From: Myxococcota bacterium
GTDB lineage: Bacteria > Myxococcota > UBA727 > JAHDBA01
Direction of reading: 5' to 3'
Assembly: GCA_020630615.1 (NCBI GenBank)
Contig: JAHDBA010000013.1
Coordinates: 4,994 to 68,993, forward strand
DNA: 64,000 nt
Every line of letters begins with the position of its first letter. Within the stretch, counting starts at the first letter, position 1. The notes below the pieces were generated by a model. That model was not told where the DNA came from. It saw only the letters and a list, made by a program, of their open reading frames with translations, and did not search any database. Shown piece by piece: positions 53,032 through 61,723 of this stretch. The position numbers and the translations under genes are program-made.

Positions 53032-54033
53032 TCAGGGTGTCGCACCTGCCACGGCGTCATCAATGCAATTTTGATCGAACATGATCCTATTACCATTTGC
53101 TATTTGAGTCGAAGCAAAGTTAGCGAGCTCGACAGTCCCTTCATTGGCCCAATACATAACGCAATCGTTATTGTCGCAATGGCGGCCATTTTCCTCATCT
53201 TGATGGGCGCTAACTAATGGAAATCCGTTGTTAACAAGGCCCGCCGCATGGCCAATTTCGTGAACCAGCACAGCTTGCTCCGAAAACTTGCGGACATCAC
53301 TAAGGAGCGACATTGACTCGATTACAGGTTTGAACATAGCGATGACACCTGTATCGCCAATCGAAACACCGATAACACCTCGGGCTTCCTCCCCGTTGTG
53401 ACGTTCAAAGTAACCATCGAGATACACAATATAGTAACTTATAACGTCGCTTGAGGTTTGTGCGACTTGTCGACTTTGCTCTGCAATCGTTAGAATCTCG
53501 GCACTATTAAATGGGCCTGTAACCGATATCGCTATATTGTCCATCTCATCAAGATTCTTTGGGATCGTGTAGTCTCGTTCCTCACTAAGAATCCCTTTCA
53601 TATTTTCTTCAAGCAATGACCACAAATCTCCTCCAGCAATCGGGGAGATTCCTACGTAGGGTTCCGCACCATTGACGTAATCAACTTCAACAATCACTGG
53701 CCGAAGTGCTGCACCATCGCCACCATTACCCTCCGATCCAGCATTCGTATTTGTCGGCTCACTCGTCGATGAGGAATCGTCAAGAATGTCGTCCGGTGGT
53801 TGTAGGTTACCGTCGCCCACGTCACCTGAGGCACTCGGGTCACTTGGCTCAATATCTGAACCCGAACCTGACCCATCAGCCGAATCGGAATCCGATACAT
53901 CACTAGCATCGGATCCGTCGCTGGTTTGCGTTTGCTCATCTTCGTTCGCACCAGTGTCAGTGCTCGAACAGGCTGAATAAGAAATCAATGTTAGCGCTGA
54001 AATAACGAGAAGCGTAGTCTGCAAACTTTTCAT
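53032..54033 (-). CDS. lipoprotein zinc metalloprotease (HExxH)
   Basis: Start at ATG 54033 (MKSLQTTLLVISALTLISYSAC lipobox) or TTG 54069. An acidic S/D/G linker follows. VLVHEIGHAAGLVNNG ... HCDNNDCVMYW resembles a Bacteroidota/Myxococcota membrane metalloprotease family. Confidence 0.65.
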   Translation of the reverse strand: MKSLQTTLLVISALTLISYSACSSTDTGANEDEQTQTSDGSDASDVSDSDSADGSGSGSDIEPSDPSASGDVGDGNLQPPDDILDDSSSTSEPTNTNAGSEGNGGDGAALRPVIVEVDYVNGAEPYVGISPIAGGDLWSLLEENMKGILSEERDYTIPKNLDEMDNIAISVTGPFNSAEILTIAEQSRQVAQTSSDVISYYIVYLDGYFERHNGEEARGVIGVSIGDTGVIAMFKPVIESMSLLSDVRKFSEQAVLVHEIGHAAGLVNNGFPLVSAHQDEENGRHCDNNDCVMYWANEGTVELANFASTQIANGNRIMFDQNCIDDAVAGATP

Positions 54034-54078
54034 TATTCTAAAGTTGTATACTGTCAAGAGTTCTGTCAAACTTATCGA

Positions 54079-54636
54079 ATGAAAAAACGTGACCTCTTAA
54101 CAAAGATTTTCATTTCTCTTACTTCGATAATCGTGTTGAATGCTTGTGGGCTAGACACTTTTAATATCAACGAAAGGTCAAGAGCGACTATTGAGGGGGC
54201 GACGGCACTTGATCAGCTCGTGAACAACTTTGGTTTTGACGAGTTCGTGGCAATGGATATCACGACAAACGAGACACTCGCGAACCAAGGTGTTGAAAGA
54301 CATCAAATCGATTCTGTGACCGTCACGAGTATTGTGTTGAGCATCCCGGAAGAAAGCGACGGGCAAGACTTCAACTTTATCGAGTCTCTCGCTTTTTTCG
54401 CAGATGCTGATGACCTTGAGAGGGTAAAAGTTGCTGAGATTGTAGACGTTCCTGACGACGTTTCAAGTTTAGAACTCAACGTTACAGAAGCAGAGCTTGC
54501 GGACTACGCAGCAAAAGAATCCATGGATATCATTACGGAAGTCAACGGGCGTCTACCCTCTGAAACCACTATCGTTGACGCCGATGTCGGTCTCCGAATT
54601 GATGTGGACATCAGTGGGGTTATTTCTGGGAGCTAG
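54079..54636 (+). CDS. hypothetical lipoprotein
   Basis: 185 aa with lipobox SLTSIIVLNAC. Acidic. No motif recognised. Confidence 0.55.
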   Translation: MKKRDLLTKIFISLTSIIVLNACGLDTFNINERSRATIEGATALDQLVNNFGFDEFVAMDITTNETLANQGVERHQIDSVTVTSIVLSIPEESDGQDFNFIESLAFFADADDLERVKVAEIVDVPDDVSSLELNVTEAELADYAAKESMDIITEVNGRLPSETTIVDADVGLRIDVDISGVISGS

Positions 54637-54685
54637 AATAGTTTGTTCTGGATATAATATGTTAGATTTTATTATTTTGACACAT

Positions 54686-54719
54686 TTGGGCACATCAACA
54701 CGTTGAGTGCCCAATTTTT
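54686..54719 (+). terminator. rho-independent terminator
   Basis: TTGGGCAC-A-TCAAC-ac-GTTGA-GTGCCCAA followed by TTTTT, 50 nt after the stop of 54079..54636. Confidence 0.8.
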
Positions 54720-54876
54720 GCAGCTCTAGCCTCGAAGCCCTGAAGCATTTTTTACGAGCCGTTCTACCCTAACCATCTCAATGCGACCGTGGAGGATGAA
54801 GGCAGCACCTCTCCCGGTATCAATCCACCGAGAGACTCTCGCCCCACAAAACGCCCTGGACCGAACTGGCAGACTT

Positions 54877-55050
54877 CTATTTACTTGTTGCTTTAAACCA
54901 AACAAAGCCAGCTAGTCCAGCTACCGCTAACAACAACCAAGGCGCAAGGTGATGCATCTGCGCAAAATGATCGGCACCACCCTCTGCATGCGCAAATGAG
55001 GCAGAAGCGGAAAAGAGTGTTGATACAGCAATGATTTTTGAACGGTTCAT
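54877..55050 (-). CDS. small exported His-rich peptide with a C-terminal membrane anchor
   Basis: ATG 55050 is preceded by GGAGA. Signal MNRSKIIAVSTLFSASASFAHA. The mature part is ~35 aa: EGGADHFAQMHHLAPW + LLLAVAGLAGFVWF + KATSK. Confidence 0.45.
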   Translation of the reverse strand: MNRSKIIAVSTLFSASASFAHAEGGADHFAQMHHLAPWLLLAVAGLAGFVWFKATSK

Positions 55051-55090
55051 CGGTCTCTCCAAAGAAATATGAGTCAAGCCAGCAAGATGC

Positions 55091-55119
55091 TTGGTCTTGA
55101 GTTCCCCTTTGTGTATACA
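55091..55119 (+). promoter_or_regulatory. candidate sigma70-type promoter for sodN
   Basis: TTGGTC (55091..55096), a 17-nt spacer, then TATACA (55114..55119), ~40 nt upstream of ATG 55161. Confidence 0.4.
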
Positions 55120-55160
55120 TGCTTCAGTGGAAGTTCAACAACTTTAAAAAGGATGATCTT

Positions 55161-55676
55161 ATGATTCACACACTTTTATCGAAAATTGACGAGAAATTTG
55201 GGTTCGAACAAGCCGGAGCTCACTGTGATGTTCCCTGCGGTGTTTATGACCCAATGCCTGCGCAAATTGCAGCAATGACTGTTGCTCGAATGACCGACAC
55301 AATTCTTGATCTTGAGGCTCATGATCAAAAAGACCACGGCGGTACACGGGATCATCACTATCAAAACAAAATCACACGAATGATTAATGAAAAAGAGCGT
55401 TCAGCTGAGCATGTGAAGCACGAAGTGCGCATTATTTGGGGCGACTTCTTTAAAGCGCCACAGTTTGAGGCGCATCCTGAACTGCAAAATCTTTGTCACA
55501 CGATTATGATGACAGCATCAAAATGTAAGCAAAACATCGATCAAGATGCCACACGAAAGCTGGTCGACGAAATAAACCAGTTCGCAGAAGTCTTCTTCAA
55601 GATCAAAGGTATCTCAACAAAACGTGTGACTTACCACTGTAAGCCGAATCTTGAGATTGTGATTCCTGAACTCTAA
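55161..55676 (+). CDS. sodN: nickel superoxide dismutase precursor
   Basis: Ni-hook HCDVPCGVYDP lies directly after a 20-aa propeptide (MIHTLLSKIDEKFGFEQAGA). AAAAAGGA RBS. Size is typical (171 aa precursor). Confidence 0.92.
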   Translation: MIHTLLSKIDEKFGFEQAGAHCDVPCGVYDPMPAQIAAMTVARMTDTILDLEAHDQKDHGGTRDHHYQNKITRMINEKERSAEHVKHEVRIIWGDFFKAPQFEAHPELQNLCHTIMMTASKCKQNIDQDATRKLVDEINQFAEVFFKIKGISTKRVTYHCKPNLEIVIPEL

Positions 55677-55984
55677 TGTTCAAGATTATTCGAGTATGCG
55701 GCTCAAGTATGGAGCCCAACTATAACGATGGCGATTACGTCATCGTTTTTTCTTGGCTTCATAAGATATTGGTTCCCTCTCTCTTGAAAGCAAAACGAGA
55801 TATTGTGTTCACGCACCCTGCTTTGGGAACAAGTCTCAAACGGATCCGTAAGCCAGCCTCTAGCCCCTTCACATATGAGGTCTACGGAACCAACCCGCAA
55901 AGCGTCACGCCAGAGGCATTAGGTGATGTGCGCCTAGAAAACATCTTAGGCTTCGTTGTCTGGCGTATTCAAAAATCTCTCTAA
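55676..55984 (+). CDS. sodX: NiSOD maturation protease SodX (S26 signal-peptidase-like)
   Basis: Its ATG overlaps the sodN TAA (TAATG). GSSMEPNYNDGDYVIV (catalytic Ser) and LKRIRK (Lys). 102 aa. Confidence 0.8.
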   Translation: MFKIIRVCGSSMEPNYNDGDYVIVFSWLHKILVPSLLKAKRDIVFTHPALGTSLKRIRKPASSPFTYEVYGTNPQSVTPEALGDVRLENILGFVVWRIQKSL

Positions 55985-57185
55985 GAATCGTGAACTCCAG
56001 GGCTTTTCAGATTCTTGGCATGGAGTGCGCAAGCAACAATCCGTTCTGCTGCTTGCCGTGCGCCCGCAATATTTCTCGCGACAGGTCCAAGTTCAAGCTC
56101 GCCAAGTCCACCACTCACAAATATTCTGGTATGCCAACGCAAGTGTCGGTCACATTCAGGAAAGCCACAGGCTGACACTTTAAGCTTTGAATGTCGATTA
56201 AGGTTTTGAATCAGCGCTCCACCTGGACACTCATTACGATAGCCCGTCGCGAGCAACACGCGATCAACTTCTAATCTTAGCCCAGAATTGGTTGTGATTT
56301 GTAAGTCAGGGTCCATGTCTTCAAGTAACTGCACTTCTCCAACTTGAAACTCAATTTCACCCGCCTCAATATTTCTGCGAAAAGAGCGCATGAGCTTAGG
56401 CGGTAATGAACCTCGATTTCGCGCTTCTTGAATCATCGCGCGTCTGCGCTCCAATTTGGGTTCATCTTTAAAGCGGGTCATGAACTTGGGACCCAGCCAC
56501 CCTGGATCACTATCAAATTGATGTTCACGAAGTTGGTGGCGCGCAATCACAGTAACACGATGGCCCGCTCTCGCCATTCGCTGAGAAACTTGCACTGCAG
56601 AGATTTTTTTTTGACAACAAGAATCCTTTCAGATTCACTCGCGGGTAAAATCTCTTGAGACGCAAAAATATGCTGAATATTTCGACGCCCCTTGGGTGCC
56701 CATGACGGCCAACTCGCAAGATCACTGACGCCCAAGGACAAGATCACATTCGATGCAGAGAGCTTTTCACCGTTTTTTGCTATGAGAATGACTCTAGACT
56801 CATCGGGTTCAATCTTCGAAACTAAAGTTTTCAAGTGCGCATGCCCTAAATCATACTTTTCAATTAAAGCCGTATTGTGATTTGCAAAGAGTGAAAGTGC
56901 CGGTCGGTTGTATGGAAAACGAAATGCATCAGGAGACCTAGAACGGCGCTTACCCGCAAAGCGTTCGAGGTCGTGCGCCCCGGGACTGAGATTGTGAACG
57001 GATGGTGAGCGAAGATGTGTCATACCGGTCGTCCGGGTGTTTTTATTCCAACGCGCAAGGAGTTCATCATGCGGATCGATAATACAAAGCTCTTTGATCG
57101 ATGTCAGGCCTGCCTCCAGCAAGCGAATCGCCATGTGGACACCGTGTATTCCGCCACCGACGATTATCCATTTGAAGTCCTTCAT
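55981..57185 (-). pseudogene. FAD-dependent oxidoreductase split by a frameshift in an A9 homopolymer
   Basis: ORFs 56547..57185 (KWIIVGGGIHGVHMAIRLL dinucleotide-binding motif) and 55981..56595 (RVLLATGY..., VSGGLGELELGP) are consecutive halves of one flavoprotein. The frames switch at T9 (plus strand) 56604..56612. One extra or two fewer A would give ...ILVVKK(K)ISAVQVSQRMARAGHRVTVIARH... Confidence 0.7.
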
Positions 57186-57643
57186 TGGACTCCCGAATGT
57201 GACGCAGATATTCCTTTCTGGTTGAGGATATGCGCTGCCACAATTGTGAGTCCTCCCAAAAAGCTCAACAGAACACTTGGCTCAAAGGGATGTTCGGAGC
57301 TGGCATGAAGCATAGTCTCATCTTGCAATTCATGATGTAACGTCTTCGCTTCACCATGAGTATGATGCTCCCCTTCTGACATTTCAGAGATACGAGCGAC
57401 ACCTACAAATAAAATTCCGAGTATAAAAACCGCAGCGATACTCCACTTTCGATGGCTCCGGTACCCAACCAAAGCTGCTAAAAGAGCAAAAGTGATTGCG
57501 AGAGCCGAGAGGATATTTTCACTTGTACTTGAAAAAAGCGCTTGAATACCTAACGCGCCAATCAGCACCGGTAACAATGCTCCAAGCACACAGTGTATCG
57601 CACACATAAAGCTCGCAACACTACCCATTCGGTCGATGTTCAT
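57182..57643 (-). CDS. MerC-family-like membrane protein with a His-rich loop
   Basis: ATG 57643 (GGGAG upstream). SFMCAIHCVLGALLPVL resembles the MerC motif. Four TM segments. The loop is SEGEHHTHGEAKTLHHELQDETMLHASSEHP. Its stop overlaps the start of the downstream flavoprotein gene (ATGA). Confidence 0.6.
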   Translation of the reverse strand: MNIDRMGSVASFMCAIHCVLGALLPVLIGALGIQALFSSTSENILSALAITFALLAALVGYRSHRKWSIAAVFILGILFVGVARISEMSEGEHHTHGEAKTLHHELQDETMLHASSEHPFEPSVLLSFLGGLTIVAAHILNQKGISASHSGVQ

Positions 57644-57779
57644 ACCTGCACACTCCCGCCAATAAACTCGTTGGAAGAAAACGACAGCCCAATAGCAATA
57701 CCTCAAGCTTTCTGCAGTCTTCATATTGACCTGTTGGGCTTTGCATGCGTCAAAGACAAATGCAAGTAACTTGCATCAT

Positions 57780-57900
57780 CAGAAATACACTCCGATAGAT
57801 CTATTCGTGAGAGTGCACTGAACACCCGCCGTGAATCCCTTTTTGGATTCTAAGGTACAAATATGTTTCGAGTTATTGATACTGCATGAGGTGTCGATAT
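57780..57900 (-). pseudogene. relic 3' fragment of an aldo-keto reductase paralog
   Basis: 57822..57848 (acacccgccgtgaatccctttttggat) matches 58653..58679 in the intact AKR gene at 25 of 27 positions. The minus-strand translation IDTSCSINNSKHICTLESKKGFTAGV parallels the AKR C-terminus LDASAYPRTELDDFWELGIQKGIHGGCRV. Confidence 0.45.
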
Positions 57901-57975
57901 CATGCGTCTACAAGGTTTCGTCACACTCAGGCTGCAGACACAAAACTGGGTGTTCTGTTGACTAAAGGTTCCCGG

Positions 57976-58449
57976 CTAACCAGTACAGTAGCTAGTGCCC
58001 CAGGCCAAGCAACTTGCATCTGCTAGGCATTCATCCATTCTTTCTAACCCGCTTGGGCAAGGTGCCTCATCCGCAATGCATTCACCTGGTGTAATCCATT
58101 GACCGTTAACTTCGTCACATGCCTCATTGGTTGTGTGTGTCAGTCGTGGATTGTTTGAACTACAGTCTTCAGAGAAATAACACCGAGCATCACTTGTAGG
58201 GCGCGGCTCGTTGCAGGAGTATCCATAGGCAAACTGACGGGTGCAAATTTCAGAGGCTTCACAGTCAACACTTGCATAGCAAGCATTTTCCTCGAGTGCT
58301 TCAGTGCTAGATGGTGCTTCTGATGTTGGCTCCAAATCATCGAGCTCACAATCGCTAGGCTCTGCAGCATCACACTCTTTCTGTTCACCCGAACATGCGA
58401 CGCACAAACTTACGGTAATCAAAAACGTTAAAAGCATAGATTTTTTCAT
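57976..58449 (-). CDS. small cysteine-rich acidic lipoprotein
   Basis: Lipobox LITVSLCVAC. 157 aa with many Cys. No known motif. Confidence 0.55.
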   Translation of the reverse strand: MKKSMLLTFLITVSLCVACSGEQKECDAAEPSDCELDDLEPTSEAPSSTEALEENACYASVDCEASEICTRQFAYGYSCNEPRPTSDARCYFSEDCSSNNPRLTHTTNEACDEVNGQWITPGECIADEAPCPSGLERMDECLADASCLAWGTSYCTG

Positions 58450-58637
58450 TGTTCTTCCAGCTATGAGTTACAAGTATATCTCGGTTGGCTGTGCTCTGCA
58501 AGAAAAAGTAAGAACAGTGTTCTTCAACGCTTTCACAGACTCACGTTCAACCCTTCATGATATGCTAAAATCTGAATAATCGTGGTGCGACTCACTACAC
58601 ATAAGAATTGCTGCGTTCGACTAGATCTTTTTTGAAA

Positions 58638-59717
58638 CTATCGAAGTACTCGACACCCACCATGAATCCCTTTTTGGATCCCAAGCTCCCAAAAATCATC
58701 AAGTTCAGTTCGCGGGTAAGCACTCGCATCGAGAAGCTTTTGTTTCAGGGTCTCTGGCAAGTTAAACTCTAGGGCTTTCAAGTTTGACTCAAGCTGCTCC
58801 ATCTTCGTCGCAGAAATAATCGTGGAACTTATACCAGGCTGATTGACCACAAAATTAATCGCGATTTCCGCAGGGCTTCGTCCAATCTCGAGAGCGACAT
58901 CTTTAACGGCTGCAGCGATTTCAAAGGGTCTCTTAGCGTAGAACTTTTCAAAAACTGGATTCTTCGACTTATGCATCATGTTCATACGACCATCGCCCGA
59001 GGCAGTGCCATCATCGTTCAACGTATATTTGCCAGTTAAAATACCTGAAGCGAGTGGGCTCCAACCCACGATACCTATATTTGTCTCTCGACATAGTGGT
59101 AGATGTTCGCGCTCAAGCGTTCTGGAAATTAACGAATATTCCAGCTGCAAGCATGCTATCGGCTCATAGCCACGAAGCTCCGCTATAGTTTGCGCGCGTG
59201 CAGCATACCAGGCAGGTACATCACTGAGCCCAACGTGCAAGACTTTACCCTGGCGTACCAAATCATTCATGGTGGTGAGCACCTCTTCAACTCGCGTGAC
59301 CATATCCCAAGCGTGAAGATAAAGAAGGTCGATGTAATCTGTTTGCAATCTTTTCAAAGAGCTTTCCACAGCTCGCTGGATATTTTTTCGTCCATTCCCC
59401 CCTGCGTTTGGGTTTCCAATTTTCCCTTTACCGCTTGGGTCGACGTTAAAAGAAAACTTTGTTGCAACAACACATCGGTCCCGACAATTTCGCTCTCTCA
59501 TGAACTCGCCAATAATCTTTTCGCTTGTTCCGTTGTTGTAGACATCCGCCGTATCAATAAAATTCCCGCCAACATCGAGAAAGCGTGCGAGGATATTTTT
59601 TGAGTCCTCAGCGTTCATCCCCATGCCCCATTCTTCACCAAATGTCATGGCACCAAGACACAAGGGTGAAACACGCAAACCTGTTTGCCCTAGAAGTCGA
59701 AAATCATTCATTGTCAT
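58638..59717 (-). CDS. aldo/keto reductase
   Basis: LGQTGLRVSPLCLGAMTFG, IDTADVYNNGTSE, ATKF, DLLYLHAWD, and the C-terminal AKR pattern. 359 aa. Confidence 0.9.
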   Translation of the reverse strand: MTMNDFRLLGQTGLRVSPLCLGAMTFGEEWGMGMNAEDSKNILARFLDVGGNFIDTADVYNNGTSEKIIGEFMRERNCRDRCVVATKFSFNVDPSGKGKIGNPNAGGNGRKNIQRAVESSLKRLQTDYIDLLYLHAWDMVTRVEEVLTTMNDLVRQGKVLHVGLSDVPAWYAARAQTIAELRGYEPIACLQLEYSLISRTLEREHLPLCRETNIGIVGWSPLASGILTGKYTLNDDGTASGDGRMNMMHKSKNPVFEKFYAKRPFEIAAAVKDVALEIGRSPAEIAINFVVNQPGISSTIISATKMEQLESNLKALEFNLPETLKQKLLDASAYPRTELDDFWELGIQKGIHGGCRVLR

Positions 59718-59794
59718 TCTTTAACCTCAAATCTTTTCCTAGCACGGTGCCAAATCACTTTGTCTTCACATAAAGAATGACTTAGTCATACTTC

Positions 59795-60940
59795 ATGTCA
59801 AAGACCGTCGTTGATTCCTCTTTCGTGTTCAAGAAATACATTGTTTGTGTTTCATGGATATTCCTTTCAGCCTGCTCCTCGATGAGTAAAGCTTCAATCG
59901 AGAACAACAAAGCATCCAACCAAAGGGTGCCTTGCTGGCATGTTAATGCCGACCCGCAACACATCGATCCCTCCGAGATCGCGCCAGTGGTCTTGGTGCA
60001 TGGCTTTATGGGTTTCGAAGAAGCTGCAGGGTTTGAATATTTCAACGGAGTAAAGTTGACACTGCAAAACAAAGGTTACCGAATCCTAACACCACAACTG
60101 ACGCCAATCGAGGGTTCCACTGAACGTGCACAAGAACTCTACAACTATCTCCAAGGTGAATCAGGTCTGCACGAAGAGGCTTTTTTTCTTATTGGACATT
60201 CTCAAGGTGGTTTGGATATTCGAAGGGCGTTAAATCGCTCAGCTTCCCCATCCATGAATGCCATTGCAGCAGCATCAATTGGTACGCCGCATGGAGGAAC
60301 AAATCTTGCTGATTACTATCTTAAAACAGGTCTCAAAGTTTTCATTCAAGGCCCCTTCCGCTGGGTCGCAAACTGGATTTATGACGATACGAGAACGCCT
60401 CGAAAGAAGAACATAGAGTGGCCAGCACAAGGCAAAAGAGAACACCCTAAAGCAAAGATGAACAACTCAAACCTGAAACGAACGATGACGACGTTATCGG
60501 AAAGCTTTCAAGCCAAAGAGCCGAAAGCAACATCGAATATTCCTTTCTATTCTATAGCTGGATTGGCAGGGGAACCGATTACACATAAGCTTTGTCGCTC
60601 TGGAAGCATCTTTCCTCAACGGGATGTTCACGACCGAATAAATCCGCTGCTCCAACCCTCACGAATTATTCTTCAAAACCATCGCTCTCGATTTGATACA
60701 CGCTTCAGTGACGGGCTCGTTCCCCTGGGTTCTCAAATTTACGGCGATTTTCTTGGGTGTATTCCAGCGGATCACCTTGAACAGGTTGGCTTGGGGCAAA
60801 AACGAGCGAACACGAAAACGAAATATTCACATCTCAAACTCATTGAAAGTCTCATTCAACACATGGCCTTGCGTGCTCGAGGGTTGTCAGGGCTTGAGAA
60901 ATCCTGTCCACTTGAAAGTTCAAACGACTCAATGCGGTAA
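59795..60940 (+). CDS. secreted lipase / alpha-beta hydrolase (triacylglycerol-lipase-like)
   Basis: Signal/lipobox VSWIFLSAC. PVVLVHGFMGF and nucleophile elbow LIGHSQGGLDIR. A late Asp/His region follows (SDGLVP..., DHLEQVG). Confidence 0.72.
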   Translation: MSKTVVDSSFVFKKYIVCVSWIFLSACSSMSKASIENNKASNQRVPCWHVNADPQHIDPSEIAPVVLVHGFMGFEEAAGFEYFNGVKLTLQNKGYRILTPQLTPIEGSTERAQELYNYLQGESGLHEEAFFLIGHSQGGLDIRRALNRSASPSMNAIAAASIGTPHGGTNLADYYLKTGLKVFIQGPFRWVANWIYDDTRTPRKKNIEWPAQGKREHPKAKMNNSNLKRTMTTLSESFQAKEPKATSNIPFYSIAGLAGEPITHKLCRSGSIFPQRDVHDRINPLLQPSRIILQNHRSRFDTRFSDGLVPLGSQIYGDFLGCIPADHLEQVGLGQKRANTKTKYSHLKLIESLIQHMALRARGLSGLEKSCPLESSNDSMR

Positions 60941-60944
60941 TTTA

Positions 60945-61622
60945 CTATTGTAGAGTCCCGCAAATCCGATTGACCGATATTGGAATGCCAACACTTGCAG
61001 TCTCGGCCAGCACTTGAATATCATGAGGAATATGAGCCGGGTTTGGATCAATATAATGACACGCCACGCCACTTCGACGGTAGTTCATTAACGACGCCGC
61101 TGGATAAACGTGTAAGGATGTTCCTACGACCAAAATCACGTCCGCGCTTTCTACCCACCCAATTGCAGTATCAAGTCTGGGTATCGATTCACCAAACCAA
61201 ACAATATCAGGTCTCAACTGAACTCCTCGAGCGTCGACATCTCCAAGCGAAAGATCGTTCATCCATGGTGTTGATTGAGAGCTATCCACAGGGCGCACAC
61301 TTCGTAATTCTCCATGCAGATGTAGAACCTTTGTCGAACCTGCCCGCTCATGTAAGTCATCGACATTTTGCGTGACAATATAGACTTCGTGTTCAAGTTC
61401 TAAGTCTGCAAGCGCAAGATGCCTTGCGTTCGGCTCAACTTCAAAGAGTTACCGGCGCCTTTGATTGTAAAAATCCAGTACCAACTCAGGATCTGCCTCG
61501 AATCCCTGTGGCGAGGCGACCTCTAAAACATCATAACCTTCCCATAGCCCGTTGGCGTCGCGAAACGTCTTAATGCCACTTTCTGCACTCATCCCTGCGC
61601 CACTTAGAACAGTAATTTTCAT
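60945..61622 (-). pseudogene. cobB: Sir2/CobB-family NAD-dependent deacylase interrupted by an in-frame TAA
   Basis: ATG 61622: [30 protein letters not shown]...FYNQRRR-TAA(61449..61451)-LFEVEPNARHLALADLE...VTQNVDDLHERAG...HLHGEL...IVWFGE...VVGTSLHVYPAA. The single stop falls where homologs (e.g. E. coli CobB ...ARRRQL...) have Gln. Confidence 0.75.
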
Positions 61623-61723
61623 GTCAAAAAGTTAACCCAAGTTGCTATTAGGCCTCCAGCACTGTGGACAACATCCATTAAAAATACACAAGATCAAGCA
61701 CTTAAATATCACCGGTCGGCGTC

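Noticed and set aside
54720-54876. Possible NiCo or cobalamin riboswitch near the Ni-SOD locus
   Set aside because: I could not match a B12 box or other conserved riboswitch core by eye. The region is downstream, not upstream, of the adjacent genes. It is kept only as a low-interest item that needs a covariance-model scan.
60945-61622. The SIR2-domain gene as part of an anti-phage system (Thoeris / DSR / SIR2-HerA-like)
   Set aside because: It is a short (~225-aa) canonical CobB-type sirtuin with deacylase motifs ([20 protein letters not shown]). It has no fused or adjacent effector or sensor genes; its neighbours are a lipase and a small stress protein.
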